Source of the DNA: Nitrospirota bacterium
Lineage (GTDB): Bacteria; Nitrospirota; UBA9217
DNA: 64,000 nt
Direction of reading: 5' to 3'
NCBI GenBank assembly: GCA_037444505.1
Contig: JBBIMH010000014.1
Coordinates: forward strand, 2,206 to 66,205
The notes below the pieces were generated by a model. The model made no database searches and was not told where the DNA came from. It was given only the letters and a program-made list of their open reading frames with translations. How positions within the stretch are numbered: the first letter of the stretch is position 1; every line of letters starts with the position of its first letter. Of this stretch, positions 29,371 through 38,696 are shown in pieces. A program made the position numbers and the translations under genes.

Positions 29371-30741
29371 ATGCTCAAGATAGCGAAATGGGTCCTCATC
29401 GTCTCTTCTCTACTGATCATCCCGCTGTCCGTTTCTGATGTGCGGGGTGCGGAAAATAAAGCGGCTGAGCAGAAAAAGGAGCGGAAAGAGGACTCCCGGC
29501 GCACCGGATTGTCCCAGCCGATGATGCCGGAGAAGAAGATTTATGTGATAAAGATCAACTCAGCCATTACGCCTGTCGTGGCGGAGTACATCGTGCGCTC
29601 CATCGAACGTGCGACGAAGGCCGGCGCAGAGGCCCTCATCATAGAGCTCGATACACCGGGGGGGCTCGTAGATTCCATGCGGGAGATCGTAAAGGCAATG
29701 ATGGCGTCTGAGGTCCCCACTGTCGTATATGTCTCGCCGAGCGGCGCCAGGGCCGCATCCGCGGGAGTGTTCATCACGCTCGCTGCGAACGTAGCGGCGA
29801 TGGCGCCGAGTACGAACATGGGCTCCGCCCATCCTGTGCAGATGGAAGGCAAGATGGACAAGACGATGGAGGCGAAGATCGTAAACGACCTCGCTGCGAT
29901 GATAAGGGGCATCGCAGAAAAACGCGGTCGCAATGCCCGGTGGGCGGAAGAGGCCGTGAGGAAGAGCGTTTCAATCACCGACAGCCAGGCGCTGAAGAAC
30001 AATGTCATAGACCTGGTCGCGCCTGACCTGGCCTCTCTCATCAAGGCAATAGACGGCAGGACTGTGGAGGTGGTGCTCGGCAAGAGAGTCCTCAAGACAG
30101 CAGGGGCGAAGGTCGAAGAGGTGAAGATGGGCTTTCGCTTCAGGATTCTCGAGATAATAAGCAACCCGAACATCGCATATATACTGCTCATCCTCGGCTT
30201 CTACGGCCTGTATTTCGAGTTTGCGAACCCGGGCGCGATATTCCCGGGTGTCGCCGGAGCGATCTGCCTCATCTTGGGGTTCTATGCGCTCCAGACGCTT
30301 CCGATTAATTATGCGGGACTGCTGCTCATCCTGCTCGGCATCGGCCTCTTGATAGCGGAGGCATTCGTAACGAGCCACGGCATACTCGGCCTGGGCGGCG
30401 CTGTCTCGCTGTTTCTTGGCTCCACCATGCTCATTGAGTCCGAATCACCTTTCATCCAGCTCTCGTGGGCCGTCATCATCCCTGTTGTGATCGTATCCTC
30501 GGCCCTTTTCATAGCGACAGTTACCGTTGCCGTAAGAGTCCATAGAGAGAAGCCGGACACCGGCATGGAAGGGTTGATCGGCCTCACTGGCGAGGCGAGG
30601 ACAGATGTCCATGCCGACGGCCAGATATTCGTGCGCGGCGAGATATGGAGTGCATCGAGCGATGAGCCGGTGCACAAAGGCGAAAAGGTCGTCGTCGCCT
30701 CGGTCGACGGCCTCAGACTGAAGGTCAAGAAAATCCAGTAA
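29371..30741 (+). CDS. NfeD-family membrane-bound ClpP-class serine protease (long form)
   Basis: Signal/TM sequence, a ClpP-like domain ([11 protein letters not shown]), a multi-TM middle and a C-terminal NfeD OB-fold. It lies upstream of an SPFH gene. Confidence 0.88.
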   Translation: MLKIAKWVLIVSSLLIIPLSVSDVRGAENKAAEQKKERKEDSRRTGLSQPMMPEKKIYVIKINSAITPVVAEYIVRSIERATKAGAEALIIELDTPGGLVDSMREIVKAMMASEVPTVVYVSPSGARAASAGVFITLAANVAAMAPSTNMGSAHPVQMEGKMDKTMEAKIVNDLAAMIRGIAEKRGRNARWAEEAVRKSVSITDSQALKNNVIDLVAPDLASLIKAIDGRTVEVVLGKRVLKTAGAKVEEVKMGFRFRILEIISNPNIAYILLILGFYGLYFEFANPGAIFPGVAGAICLILGFYALQTLPINYAGLLLILLGIGLLIAEAFVTSHGILGLGGAVSLFLGSTMLIESESPFIQLSWAVIIPVVIVSSALFIATVTVAVRVHREKPDTGMEGLIGLTGEARTDVHADGQIFVRGEIWSASSDEPVHKGEKVVVASVDGLRLKVKKIQ

Positions 30742-30761
30742 TCCATCTAAGGAGGTCTCTC

Positions 30762-31535
30762 ATGCAGCCGTTTCTGACAAGCATCTTTTTCCTTTTCGTC
30801 CTGATGTTCATTGTGCTGTACAACACACTCAAGATAGTGAGGCAGTACGAACGCGCCCTCATCTTCACACTCGGAAAGGTGAGTCTCACGAGAGGCGTGA
30901 AGGGTCCGGGCCTGATCATACTGATACCCGGCATCCAGAAGATGGTGCGGGTAAGCCTCAGGACCGTGACCCTCGATGTCCCGCCGCAAGACGTCATCAC
31001 GAGGGACAATGTGACCGTGAAGGTAAACGCGGTAGTGTATTTCAGGGTCATAGACCCGAGAAAGGCGATACTCGAGGTGGAAGACTATTTCTACGCCACG
31101 TCCCTGATCTCGCAGACCACCTTGAGAAGCATACTCGGCCAGAACAATCTGGACGACCTGCTTGCGAACCGCGAGGCGATCAATGCGGAGCTGCAGAAGG
31201 TGATAGATCAGCAGACAGAGCCGTGGGGCATCAAGGTCACCGCTGTAGAGGTCAGAAACGTAGACCTCCCTGTGGAGATGCAGCGCGCTATCGCCCGCCA
31301 GGCCGAGGCGGAACGCGAGCGCCGCGCCAAGGTCATCCACGCAGAGGGCGAGCTCCAGGCCTCGACGAAGCTGGCCGAGGCGGCCTCAGTACTAGCACAG
31401 ACACCGACCGCGCTCCAGTTGAGATACCTTCAGACCCTGACAGAGATCGGCACCGAGAAGAACTCGACCATCATCTTCCCCCTGCCCATAGACCTCGTCA
31501 CAGCATTCCAGAAATTGCTGGAGAAGAAGGGTTGA
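30762..31535 (+). CDS. SPFH/band-7 (stomatin-like) protein
   Basis: N-terminal [13 protein letters not shown], a PHB-domain pattern and a C-terminal coiled coil. RBS is AAGGAGG. Confidence 0.9.
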   Translation: MQPFLTSIFFLFVLMFIVLYNTLKIVRQYERALIFTLGKVSLTRGVKGPGLIILIPGIQKMVRVSLRTVTLDVPPQDVITRDNVTVKVNAVVYFRVIDPRKAILEVEDYFYATSLISQTTLRSILGQNNLDDLLANREAINAELQKVIDQQTEPWGIKVTAVEVRNVDLPVEMQRAIARQAEAERERRAKVIHAEGELQASTKLAEAASVLAQTPTALQLRYLQTLTEIGTEKNSTIIFPLPIDLVTAFQKLLEKKG

Positions 31536-31584
31536 TCATGCCTGCAGGCGGCGGGCAATCGCCGCCTGCGGAAGGACTTCGCAT

Positions 31585-32184
31585 ATGGACATACATAGCC
31601 TGCTACGAGATTTTCTCGAAAGCTTCATCCCGCTCCTTGTGGCCATCGACGCGCCCGGCACGCTGCCCATCTACGTCGGCCTCACAGAAGGGGTGCAGAA
31701 GCGAGAGCGGAGGAGGATAGTACGCCAGTCCATAGCAACCGCCTTTTTCGTGGCACTGGCTTTCATCCTCGTAGGCAGGCTGGTTTTCGACGCCCTCGGC
31801 ATAATGGTGGAAGACTTCATGATCGCAGGAGGGCTCGTCCTGCTCATAATCGCGGTGAATGATATCGTCAGGGCGGGAGAAAAGAGGTCCGGCGCCATAG
31901 GTTCATCCTTCGGTGTGGTTCCGCTCGGGACACCCATTGTCGCAGGCCCTGCCACGCTGACCACGGCCCTGGTGCTCGTAGGCAATTACGGCTACCTTCC
32001 GGTGCTCCTCTCTCTTACCGTAAATATCCTGATCGCTTGGCTCATATTCTCGCAGGCCGAGAGGATAATAAAGTTCATCGGGATCAACGGCTCCCGGGCA
32101 TTTGCAAAGATAATGGCGCTGATACTCGCGGCCTTCGCGGTAAAGATGATCCGCTCAGGGGCATTCAAGCTGTTGGATATATAA
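31585..32184 (+). CDS. MarC-family (UPF0056) integral membrane protein
   Basis: Six-TM pattern with the LxAIDAPGTLPIY N-terminal signature. Confidence 0.8.
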   Translation: MDIHSLLRDFLESFIPLLVAIDAPGTLPIYVGLTEGVQKRERRRIVRQSIATAFFVALAFILVGRLVFDALGIMVEDFMIAGGLVLLIIAVNDIVRAGEKRSGAIGSSFGVVPLGTPIVAGPATLTTALVLVGNYGYLPVLLSLTVNILIAWLIFSQAERIIKFIGINGSRAFAKIMALILAAFAVKMIRSGAFKLLDI

Positions 32185-32201
32185 CAGCCGCGCGGGATGT
32201 T

Positions 32202-32834
32202 TCATCCATATCGCTCGAACCTGACGAAGTCGTCTATCCTCCGTCTGAACGCCCTCGGCTTGAGTTCCACGCCTGTCTTGAGCCATCCCACTGCGATGAG
32301 CATCGGTATGATCATATGCTCCGGGATGCCGAATTCCTGTTTTATGCAGGATTCATCGAACCCGTCCATTGGATGGGTCTCGAGGCCGAGGCCTTTAGCC
32401 GCAATCATCAGATTCATCGCGAACAATCCCGTGTTTTTGACGGCGAATATTTTTCTTTTCAGACTGTCCGGCTCTCCCTGGAACTTGATGGCGCCCTTCT
32501 TAGATTTTTCCGCCTCCTCTTTCGTCATATACCCGAGCTCCACCCAGCTCTCGTACACTCTGTCTGCATTCTCCTCGGGTGCGAGAGGATCTGCTATGAT
32601 GATCAGAACGCATGAGGCCTCCTCCACCTTAGGCTGTTTGAACGCGCAATTTCTCAGTATCTTCTTCCTTTCCGGATCGCGCACCGCCACGACCTTCCAC
32701 GGCTGGAAGTTGTTTGATGACGGCGCGAGATTCGCGGTCTCGAGAAGCTCCCGAAGCAAAGGGTCGAGAAGAGGCCTTCCCGGCTCGAAGAAATTTATAG
32801 ACCTCCTCTCCCTGATGGCCTGCAATACATCCAT
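32202..32834 (-). CDS. Nitroreductase-family flavoprotein
   Basis: AIRERRSINFF and APSSNNFQPW motifs. The ATG at 32834 is preceded by GGGAGGTG. Confidence 0.85.
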   Translation of the reverse strand: MDVLQAIRERRSINFFEPGRPLLDPLLRELLETANLAPSSNNFQPWKVVAVRDPERKKILRNCAFKQPKVEEASCVLIIIADPLAPEENADRVYESWVELGYMTKEEAEKSKKGAIKFQGEPDSLKRKIFAVKNTGLFAMNLMIAAKGLGLETHPMDGFDESCIKQEFGIPEHMIIPMLIAVGWLKTGVELKPRAFRRRIDDFVRFERYG

Positions 32835-32942
32835 GAAATTCACCTCCCTACCATTCAGAGTGCAATAGCAGCGGCACGGCCGATGGCCCCTGTCTCCAAA
32901 GAGAGGCTTCATGCCATGCCGCTTGGCATAACTCTAAAATCC

Positions 32943-32982
32943 GGCTCATTACGTTTTTTGGTGGAGACTACCAGGGTGTGAG
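32943..32982 (+). repeat. Repeat family A, solo left-end fragment
   Basis: ggctcattacgttttttggtggagactaccagggtgtgag parallels the left ~40 nt of copies at 2023 and 19317. The rest of the element is absent. Confidence 0.55.
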
Positions 32983-33025
32983 TGTATTATCGGCGTCTCC
33001 TGTCTCTTCCTCGCTTTCGGCGTTA

Positions 33026-35827
33026 TCAAAAAGCATGGCCGAGGCTAAAGTGCAGCTCGCCCGGCGACTCGCCCGGCCGGCGGTTGATCTTCTGTCCGTA
33101 GTCGAGCCTGAAGGGGCCAACAGGTGTATTATATCTTATACCGATGCCATAAGATGCACGCAGGTCGTCTATTCTTATGGTGCGCTCCTGCCAGACATTG
33201 CCTGCATCCGCAAACAACACCAGGCCGAAATTCCCTGTCGGATTGATGCGCAGCTCTATGTTCCCCACGACCATTGCCTCGCCGCCGGTGGGCACAGGCT
33301 GGCCGTCGGCACCCGGCCTTGTCGGGCCGACAAGGTCCTGCAGATACCCACGTATTGTAGTGCCGCCGCCTGCATAGAAGCGCTCGTGCAGGGGGATCTC
33401 GCGCGTATCCCGGTGCGGCCATGCCATGCCGGCCCGCAGAGACAGGGCGGCGATCATCTTGTCGCTCAAGGGGAAGAACCAACTGCTCTGGAGCGTGGCC
33501 TTTGTAAAGTCCGCCTCGGAGCCGAGACCGCTCATCGCCTCCTTAATCGCGATCCCGTGGAGAGATCCCCTTTTGGGATTGAACGGGTCATCCCGCATGT
33601 CCAGGACAGCACCCGGAGATAGGCTGCTGATCCGCACCCTGCCCTCGTCTTCCGGTGAAAGGACCGCGCCGGGCTGGACATTGTAATTCTCCACATTTTC
33701 ATATTGATATACCAGAGATGTCTTCAGTGCCTTCCACACATGCTCGACGCCGAAGGCGGCGGACGACTTGCGCGTCTGATAATAGACTTCACGAGTGTCA
33801 ACGTTTATCCTGTCGGAGTCGGACCACGACATAGTAAAACGGCTCTCGAGCCGTCTGTTCAGAAACCACGGCTCCTGAAAGCCGAGCGTCACCCTCTGAA
33901 GGATGTCGCTGTTCTCGAGCCGGAGGCTCGCTGTGCGTGCGCTTCCACCGATGTTCCTGTGGGATATTTCCACGCCGGCCCTGAACCTATCCAGATCTCC
34001 GTATCCAAGGCGCAGATCGACCGCGCCGGCAGGCCTTTCCTCTACGGTCAATAGAAGATCCTTGACATATTCCTTCTCCCCGGACCTGAGCGGCTCGAGC
34101 CTCGCCAGCCCGAAATAGCCCAGCCGGTATATCCTCTGTTGGCTCCTGAGTATCTCTTCATAGTTGTACTTGTCTCCGGGCCTCGCGGAAAGCTCCCTAA
34201 TGATCACGTGGTCCTTAGTGGTCCGATTACCGCGAAGTATTATCTTCCCTATGGACACCGGCCTGTCCTCTTTTATTTTATAGATGACATCGAGCACCCT
34301 GACATCTGCCGCTTCTCTGTCCTTAGCCGACTTTTCAGTTGGCTGCAACGCTTCCCTTGTTTCTATCGATACCGCGGCATATATATACCCCATCTGCGAA
34401 TAGGCCGATAGTATATTGTACTTGTCTTCCTCGAGAAGCCGCTCGCTGAAGCCCATTCCATGCCTCTGTTTGATTCTTTGGATGAGGTCATCACTGCTGA
34501 ACACGATATTGCCCTCGAACGAGGCCACGCCGACTACCGTCTTTACGCCTTCTGCTATGATTATGTCTATAGAGGCCCTACTCCGGTCGGCGCTCCTTTG
34601 CACCTCAGCCTTGACAGATACATCGAGAAAACCTGCATCTATATATCTATACTTGATGGTCTCGATGTCTTTGTCAAGCATTTCATCCACATAAGGCCTG
34701 GAGATGAATCTTCCAGATTCGCGCAGGCGCATACCCTTCTTGAGTTCCTTGTCGGAGAATAGGGTATTTCCGGCAATGGATATCCTGCTCACGGTCACCC
34801 TGGGGCCTTCTGTAATATCGAAGAGGATATGAAGACTGTCGTCGGACCGCCTCTTCTTTACCTCCACCCTTACGTCCGCATAGCCCTCGGCTCTATACAT
34901 GTCCCTGATCTTGTCCGCACTGCTCTCTAAGACGGAGTCGGACACATCATGCTCGGACCATATCAAAAGGCCCTTGGCCAGCCTCCTCGAGCTTATCGCT
35001 TTGTTCCCTCGAAAGTCCACATCGACACGCGGCCCTTCATTTCCTGAAAGGGTGATATATGCCTTCCCCTCTTTGAAGTTCATGTCCACGACGGACAGGC
35101 TCGCGGCTGGATACCCGGCATCCGCATACAGCCTCTTTATCGCCTCCAGGTCTTCATCGAACAGCACATCCCGCTTTATAGGCCTGCCAATACGCGTCTT
35201 CATCACAGAGAGCAGCTCATCGTCCGAATAGCGCTTGTTGCCGCGGAACTCTATCTTCTCGACCAAGGTCGGCTTGGACTCTTCTATCTCGACATGGAGT
35301 ATGATGCGATAGGGTCTTTTGCCGGACTCCTTTCTGAAGCCGACGTCCACATCGAAATAGCCCTCTGCCTGGTATAATGTCATGATATCTATCCGGACCT
35401 CGGGCAACAGGTTCTCCCTAAGCGGCCTGCCCTCCATTTTCGAGACTATTTCCTTTATCCTCGACCTCGAGACAGCGCGGCAGCCGTGAATCCTAACAGC
35501 ATCCACTACCGTCTCCGGAAAGAGTGTATATACGAGGACTACGCCGTCGTCTTCGGGAAATGCCCCCACCCTTATGTCCCTGAAAAGGCCTTTGAGATAG
35601 AGATATTGGATGTCTTTTCTGATCGTCTCGCTCGAAAAGGCGGCGCCGGGTTGTGTAGCGAGGAGGGGCAATAGCCCGTCGGATTCAGGCCACGCAGCCC
35701 CATGCTCGTCTTTGAATATTATGCCCTTTACAGGTCTTCCGTAGAGGTCGGATGATAAGGCTGGAATGGAGAATGCGCCCAGCAGCATGATGGAGGCGCT
35801 GATAAGGAAAAGACGGAAGGCCTGCAT
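33026..35827 (-). CDS. bamA: Outer membrane protein assembly factor BamA
   Basis: Signal peptide, multiple POTRA repeats, and an Omp85 beta-barrel ending ...HFSLGHAF (terminal aromatic residue). Confidence 0.92.
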   Translation of the reverse strand: MQAFRLFLISASIMLLGAFSIPALSSDLYGRPVKGIIFKDEHGAAWPESDGLLPLLATQPGAAFSSETIRKDIQYLYLKGLFRDIRVGAFPEDDGVVLVYTLFPETVVDAVRIHGCRAVSRSRIKEIVSKMEGRPLRENLLPEVRIDIMTLYQAEGYFDVDVGFRKESGKRPYRIILHVEIEESKPTLVEKIEFRGNKRYSDDELLSVMKTRIGRPIKRDVLFDEDLEAIKRLYADAGYPAASLSVVDMNFKEGKAYITLSGNEGPRVDVDFRGNKAISSRRLAKGLLIWSEHDVSDSVLESSADKIRDMYRAEGYADVRVEVKKRRSDDSLHILFDITEGPRVTVSRISIAGNTLFSDKELKKGMRLRESGRFISRPYVDEMLDKDIETIKYRYIDAGFLDVSVKAEVQRSADRSRASIDIIIAEGVKTVVGVASFEGNIVFSSDDLIQRIKQRHGMGFSERLLEEDKYNILSAYSQMGYIYAAVSIETREALQPTEKSAKDREAADVRVLDVIYKIKEDRPVSIGKIILRGNRTTKDHVIIRELSARPGDKYNYEEILRSQQRIYRLGYFGLARLEPLRSGEKEYVKDLLLTVEERPAGAVDLRLGYGDLDRFRAGVEISHRNIGGSARTASLRLENSDILQRVTLGFQEPWFLNRRLESRFTMSWSDSDRINVDTREVYYQTRKSSAAFGVEHVWKALKTSLVYQYENVENYNVQPGAVLSPEDEGRVRISSLSPGAVLDMRDDPFNPKRGSLHGIAIKEAMSGLGSEADFTKATLQSSWFFPLSDKMIAALSLRAGMAWPHRDTREIPLHERFYAGGGTTIRGYLQDLVGPTRPGADGQPVPTGGEAMVVGNIELRINPTGNFGLVLFADAGNVWQERTIRIDDLRASYGIGIRYNTPVGPFRLDYGQKINRRPGESPGELHFSLGHAF

Positions 35828-35912
35828 GCAGGATTTTTAGCACATAGCAGGAGGAAAGTAAAGGAGCAAAAAGGGCATCTCCCTCAAAACAGAGAAGGCC
35901 GCCCTGTTTCTC

Positions 35913-36881
35913 CTACAGCATCGCCTCAGCCGTCACATTTCTCGACCTGGTAATGCCCCTGAGCTTGTCTATGGCATGCGCCTCGATCTGCCGCACCCTT
36001 TCCCTGGTGATGCCGGATTCCCTGCCGATCCTCTCGAGCGTCATCGGCCCCCTGCCGTTCAATCCGAAACGGAACTCTATCACCCTGCGCTCCGCCGGAC
36101 TGAGCTCTTCGAGCCAGTCCATCAGGCATCTCTTCCTCCGCTCTTCATCGGAGATCTCCCAGGGTTTGACGATGTGCTCGTCCGAGATGACGTCCTTCAA
36201 TGTATCGTCCTCATGATCGCCGATTATCATCTCGAGCGAGAGGGTCTCGCGCACGACCTGCGATATGGCCCTCACCCTTTCTATATCCGTCGCCATGTGT
36301 TTTGCAACCGTCTCCAAGTCGGGCTCATAGCCCAGCTCCTGCTTGAGCCTCCTGACGGCGCGGGTATAGGCATTCACATCCTCCGCCACATGCACGGGGA
36401 GCCGGATTATGCGGGACTGATTCACTATGGCGCGCTCTATGGCCTGTCTGATCCACCAGGATGCATATGTACTGAACTTGAACCCCTTTTCCCCGTCGAA
36501 TTTTTCCACGGCCCTGATGAGCCCAAGGTTTCCTTCTTCGATGAGATCCGAGAAGTCTAGCCCGCGATTTATGTATCTCTTTGCGATGGAGATGACGAGC
36601 CTGAGGTTGGACTCTATCATTCTCGCCCGCGCCTCTTCATCTCCCTGTGCGATCCTCCGTGCAAGATCCCTCTCCTGCTCGCGCGTGAGCAGGGGATACT
36701 TCCTCACTTCCTGCAGATAGTATCTGACAGGGTCGAGGCCGTCATTGAGCCCGCTATCCGATTCTGCATCCCCATCATGGGCAAAGACATATTCTTCATG
36801 CTCATCCGCGCGGCCTATGTCTCCGAACCGCTCGCCGATATATGATTCGATGCCTATGAAATCGAGAATCGCCCGTTCCAT
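35913..36881 (-). CDS. Sigma-70-family sigma factor, group 2 (RpoS/RpoD-like)
   Basis: Regions 1.2-4.2 are present ([25 protein letters not shown], a C-terminal HTH). The ATG at 36881 is preceded by AAGGAGGTG. The ORF upstream of that is rejected. Confidence 0.9.
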   Translation of the reverse strand: MERAILDFIGIESYIGERFGDIGRADEHEEYVFAHDGDAESDSGLNDGLDPVRYYLQEVRKYPLLTREQERDLARRIAQGDEEARARMIESNLRLVISIAKRYINRGLDFSDLIEEGNLGLIRAVEKFDGEKGFKFSTYASWWIRQAIERAIVNQSRIIRLPVHVAEDVNAYTRAVRRLKQELGYEPDLETVAKHMATDIERVRAISQVVRETLSLEMIIGDHEDDTLKDVISDEHIVKPWEISDEERRKRCLMDWLEELSPAERRVIEFRFGLNGRGPMTLERIGRESGITRERVRQIEAHAIDKLRGITRSRNVTAEAML

Positions 36882-37336
36882 GATCCACCTCCTTGAGATG
36901 TATGCGCCTGTTCTTCCCCCCAAACCAATTGCCATGTCGGGCCCTGCATATCGCCGCTCATTGACGCCCCCTCGGCTGTCAATGCCTCGAAAAGAGCGCG
37001 GGCCGCCTCTAAATAGTCGAACGGTTTCTCGAAGCATCTAATAACGCCGAACGGAGCGAGTCTTTCAGAGATCTCCGGCCCGCAGTCCGCCGTCATGACG
37101 AATATCGGAATATCCGAAAAACGCTTACGCACCTCCTGTATGAGCCTATAGCCGTCCATCACAGGCATGGCGAGATCCGTGATGATTGCATCCACATGCG
37201 ATGAGCCGATGACCTCAAAGGCCTTTTCGCCGTTTTCGGCAGTCAGGACGGCAATATCCTTGATCGCCCTGCTGAAGGTCATGGCAAGGCCGTCGAGTAT
37301 ATATTTGTTGTCGTCGACGATGAGCACTCTCTTCAT
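36854..37336 (-). CDS. Single-domain response regulator (REC) with a short C-terminal tail
   Basis: The DD pair, phospho-acceptor D ([12 protein letters not shown]), T and K (FEKPF) are all present. The 3' end overlaps the sigma gene by 28 nt. Confidence 0.88.
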   Translation of the reverse strand: MKRVLIVDDNKYILDGLAMTFSRAIKDIAVLTAENGEKAFEVIGSSHVDAIITDLAMPVMDGYRLIQEVRKRFSDIPIFVMTADCGPEISERLAPFGVIRCFEKPFDYLEAARALFEALTAEGASMSGDMQGPTWQLVWGEEQAHTSQGGGSWNGRFSIS

Positions 37337-37360
37337 TGACCGCCTCAGCAGCGTCGTTGC

Positions 37361-37585
37361 CTAAACAGACTTCCTGTCTCTTCCGGCTATCCTGCCTGTT
37401 CCGACCGTATTCTCAAAGGATGTTACAGTCCTCGCATCCGCCGTAATGCGCATATAGTAGAAGGGGCACAGCTTGAATCTCGTATTCTTGCAATACTCCT
37501 CCATCTCGAATGCACTGGGCGCATAGACCTCTTTGGATGCGCTGCAGGAATACATATTCTTTCCGACAAGGAAAGGACACTTCAT
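37361..37585 (-). CDS. Small cysteine-rich protein (74 aa, 4 Cys)
   Basis: MKCPF...C...YC.......LCPFYY. It ends 24 nt upstream of the REC gene, on the same strand. No family recognised. Confidence 0.55.
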   Translation of the reverse strand: MKCPFLVGKNMYSCSASKEVYAPSAFEMEEYCKNTRFKLCPFYYMRITADARTVTSFENTVGTGRIAGRDRKSV

Positions 37586-37714
37586 GCCGCCCCCCGTCCA
37601 TCAGAGCATGCTCCATGCTGCAACTGATGATTGTTGAATGAAGATTTTTGGGAACTAAGAGCAATGACTGGTTTCTTTCTTATCACAAAATGGGAAAAAG
37701 TTGTATCGGCGGGA

Positions 37715-37766
37715 GTAGGATTTTTACGTAGGAAAGCGGGAAACGATGTGTAGGAAGTCTCCTACA
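37715..37766. promoter_or_regulatory. GTAGGA repeat cluster including an inverted repeat TGTAGGA-N4-TCCTACA (candidate regulator-binding site)
   Basis: GTAGGA occurs at 37715, 37728 and 37750, plus an inverted copy at 37760..37766. The cluster is 130-180 nt upstream of the Cys4-REC-sigma operon. Confidence 0.4.
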
Positions 37767-37941
37767 AAAAAGTATGACGGGCTTGCAAAAGGCCAGGCCG
37801 TTGAAAACGGCAACCAGCAGGCGTATATGCATTGAAAGACAGGGATCCGGCTTTCAGCCGGATCACATGGAAGGCTTGATAGCGGTTTTTTACGGATTCA
37901 TGGGCATGATGGGGTCCTGTTGAGCGCAAAACTGTGTAGAG

Positions 37942-38574
37942 TCATTGCAACAATCCGTTCTCTATTGCATATCTTGTTATCTCGGCATTGTTCTTGAGGT
38001 TCATCTTTGCAAGTATCCTCGAGCGGTATGTGCTGACGGTCTTGATGCTGAGCGCGAGCTCATTGCCTATTTCTTTGACGGTCCTGCCCGATGCGATCAT
38101 GAGCATGATCTCCAGCTCTCGGTCCGAGAGGGTCTCGTGGGGCGCCTTCTCGATACCCCTGTTGAGCTCGCTCGCGAACCTCTCCGCCAGGGAAGCGCTC
38201 ACATACCTGCCTCCGGAGAGTATCTTTTTTGCGGCTATAATGAGCTCTTCCGGAGCGCTCTCCTTCGAGATATAGCCGGATGCACCCGCCTTGAGCGCCC
38301 GCACTGCATACTGCTCCTCAGGGTGCATGCTCAGCATCAGCACCTGCTGGCCCGGCCTTTCTGCCTTTATCTGCTTGAGCACATCGAGTCCGCTCCTGCC
38401 GGGCATGGAGATGTCCAGAAGCACGAGGTTATAGTTGCTCTTTCCGAGCTTGGCGAGCGCCTCCTGGCCATTCGACGCCTCATCGATAGCCTCGACTTCC
38501 GGGATATCCGAGAGTATCTGTTTGAGCCCTCTGCGGACAATGGCATGGTCGTCTGCTATAAGTATTCGTATCAT
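37942..38574 (-). CDS. NarL/LuxR-family response regulator
   Basis: REC (ILIADDH...LLDISMPG) plus a C-terminal LuxR HTH (LSDRELEIMLMIASGRTVKEIGNELALSIKTVSTYRSRIL). The ATG at 38574 was chosen. Confidence 0.9.
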   Translation of the reverse strand: MIRILIADDHAIVRRGLKQILSDIPEVEAIDEASNGQEALAKLGKSNYNLVLLDISMPGRSGLDVLKQIKAERPGQQVLMLSMHPEEQYAVRALKAGASGYISKESAPEELIIAAKKILSGGRYVSASLAERFASELNRGIEKAPHETLSDRELEIMLMIASGRTVKEIGNELALSIKTVSTYRSRILAKMNLKNNAEITRYAIENGLLQ

Positions 38575-38696
38575 GACACGCTCAGTTGCACAGACCTGCA
38601 TAACATGTGTAATATAACACCTTAGATGCCGCAATACATGTCGGCCTGCGACCGATTTTGATGTAGGAGTTGTCCGACAGTCTTCAGACCGGCCGA

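Noticed and set aside
36882-37037. 52-aa N-terminal extension of the sigma-factor ORF.
   Set aside because: It overlaps the REC gene. The internal ATG at 36881 has a perfect AAGGAGGTG ribosome-binding site and gives a normal-length sigma factor.
37783-37795. Sigma-54 promoter-like sequence (minus strand TGGCC-N4-TTGCA) upstream of the Cys4-REC-sigma operon.
   Set aside because: The GG-to-GC spacing is about 8 nt instead of the required 12, and the -24 element is imperfect.
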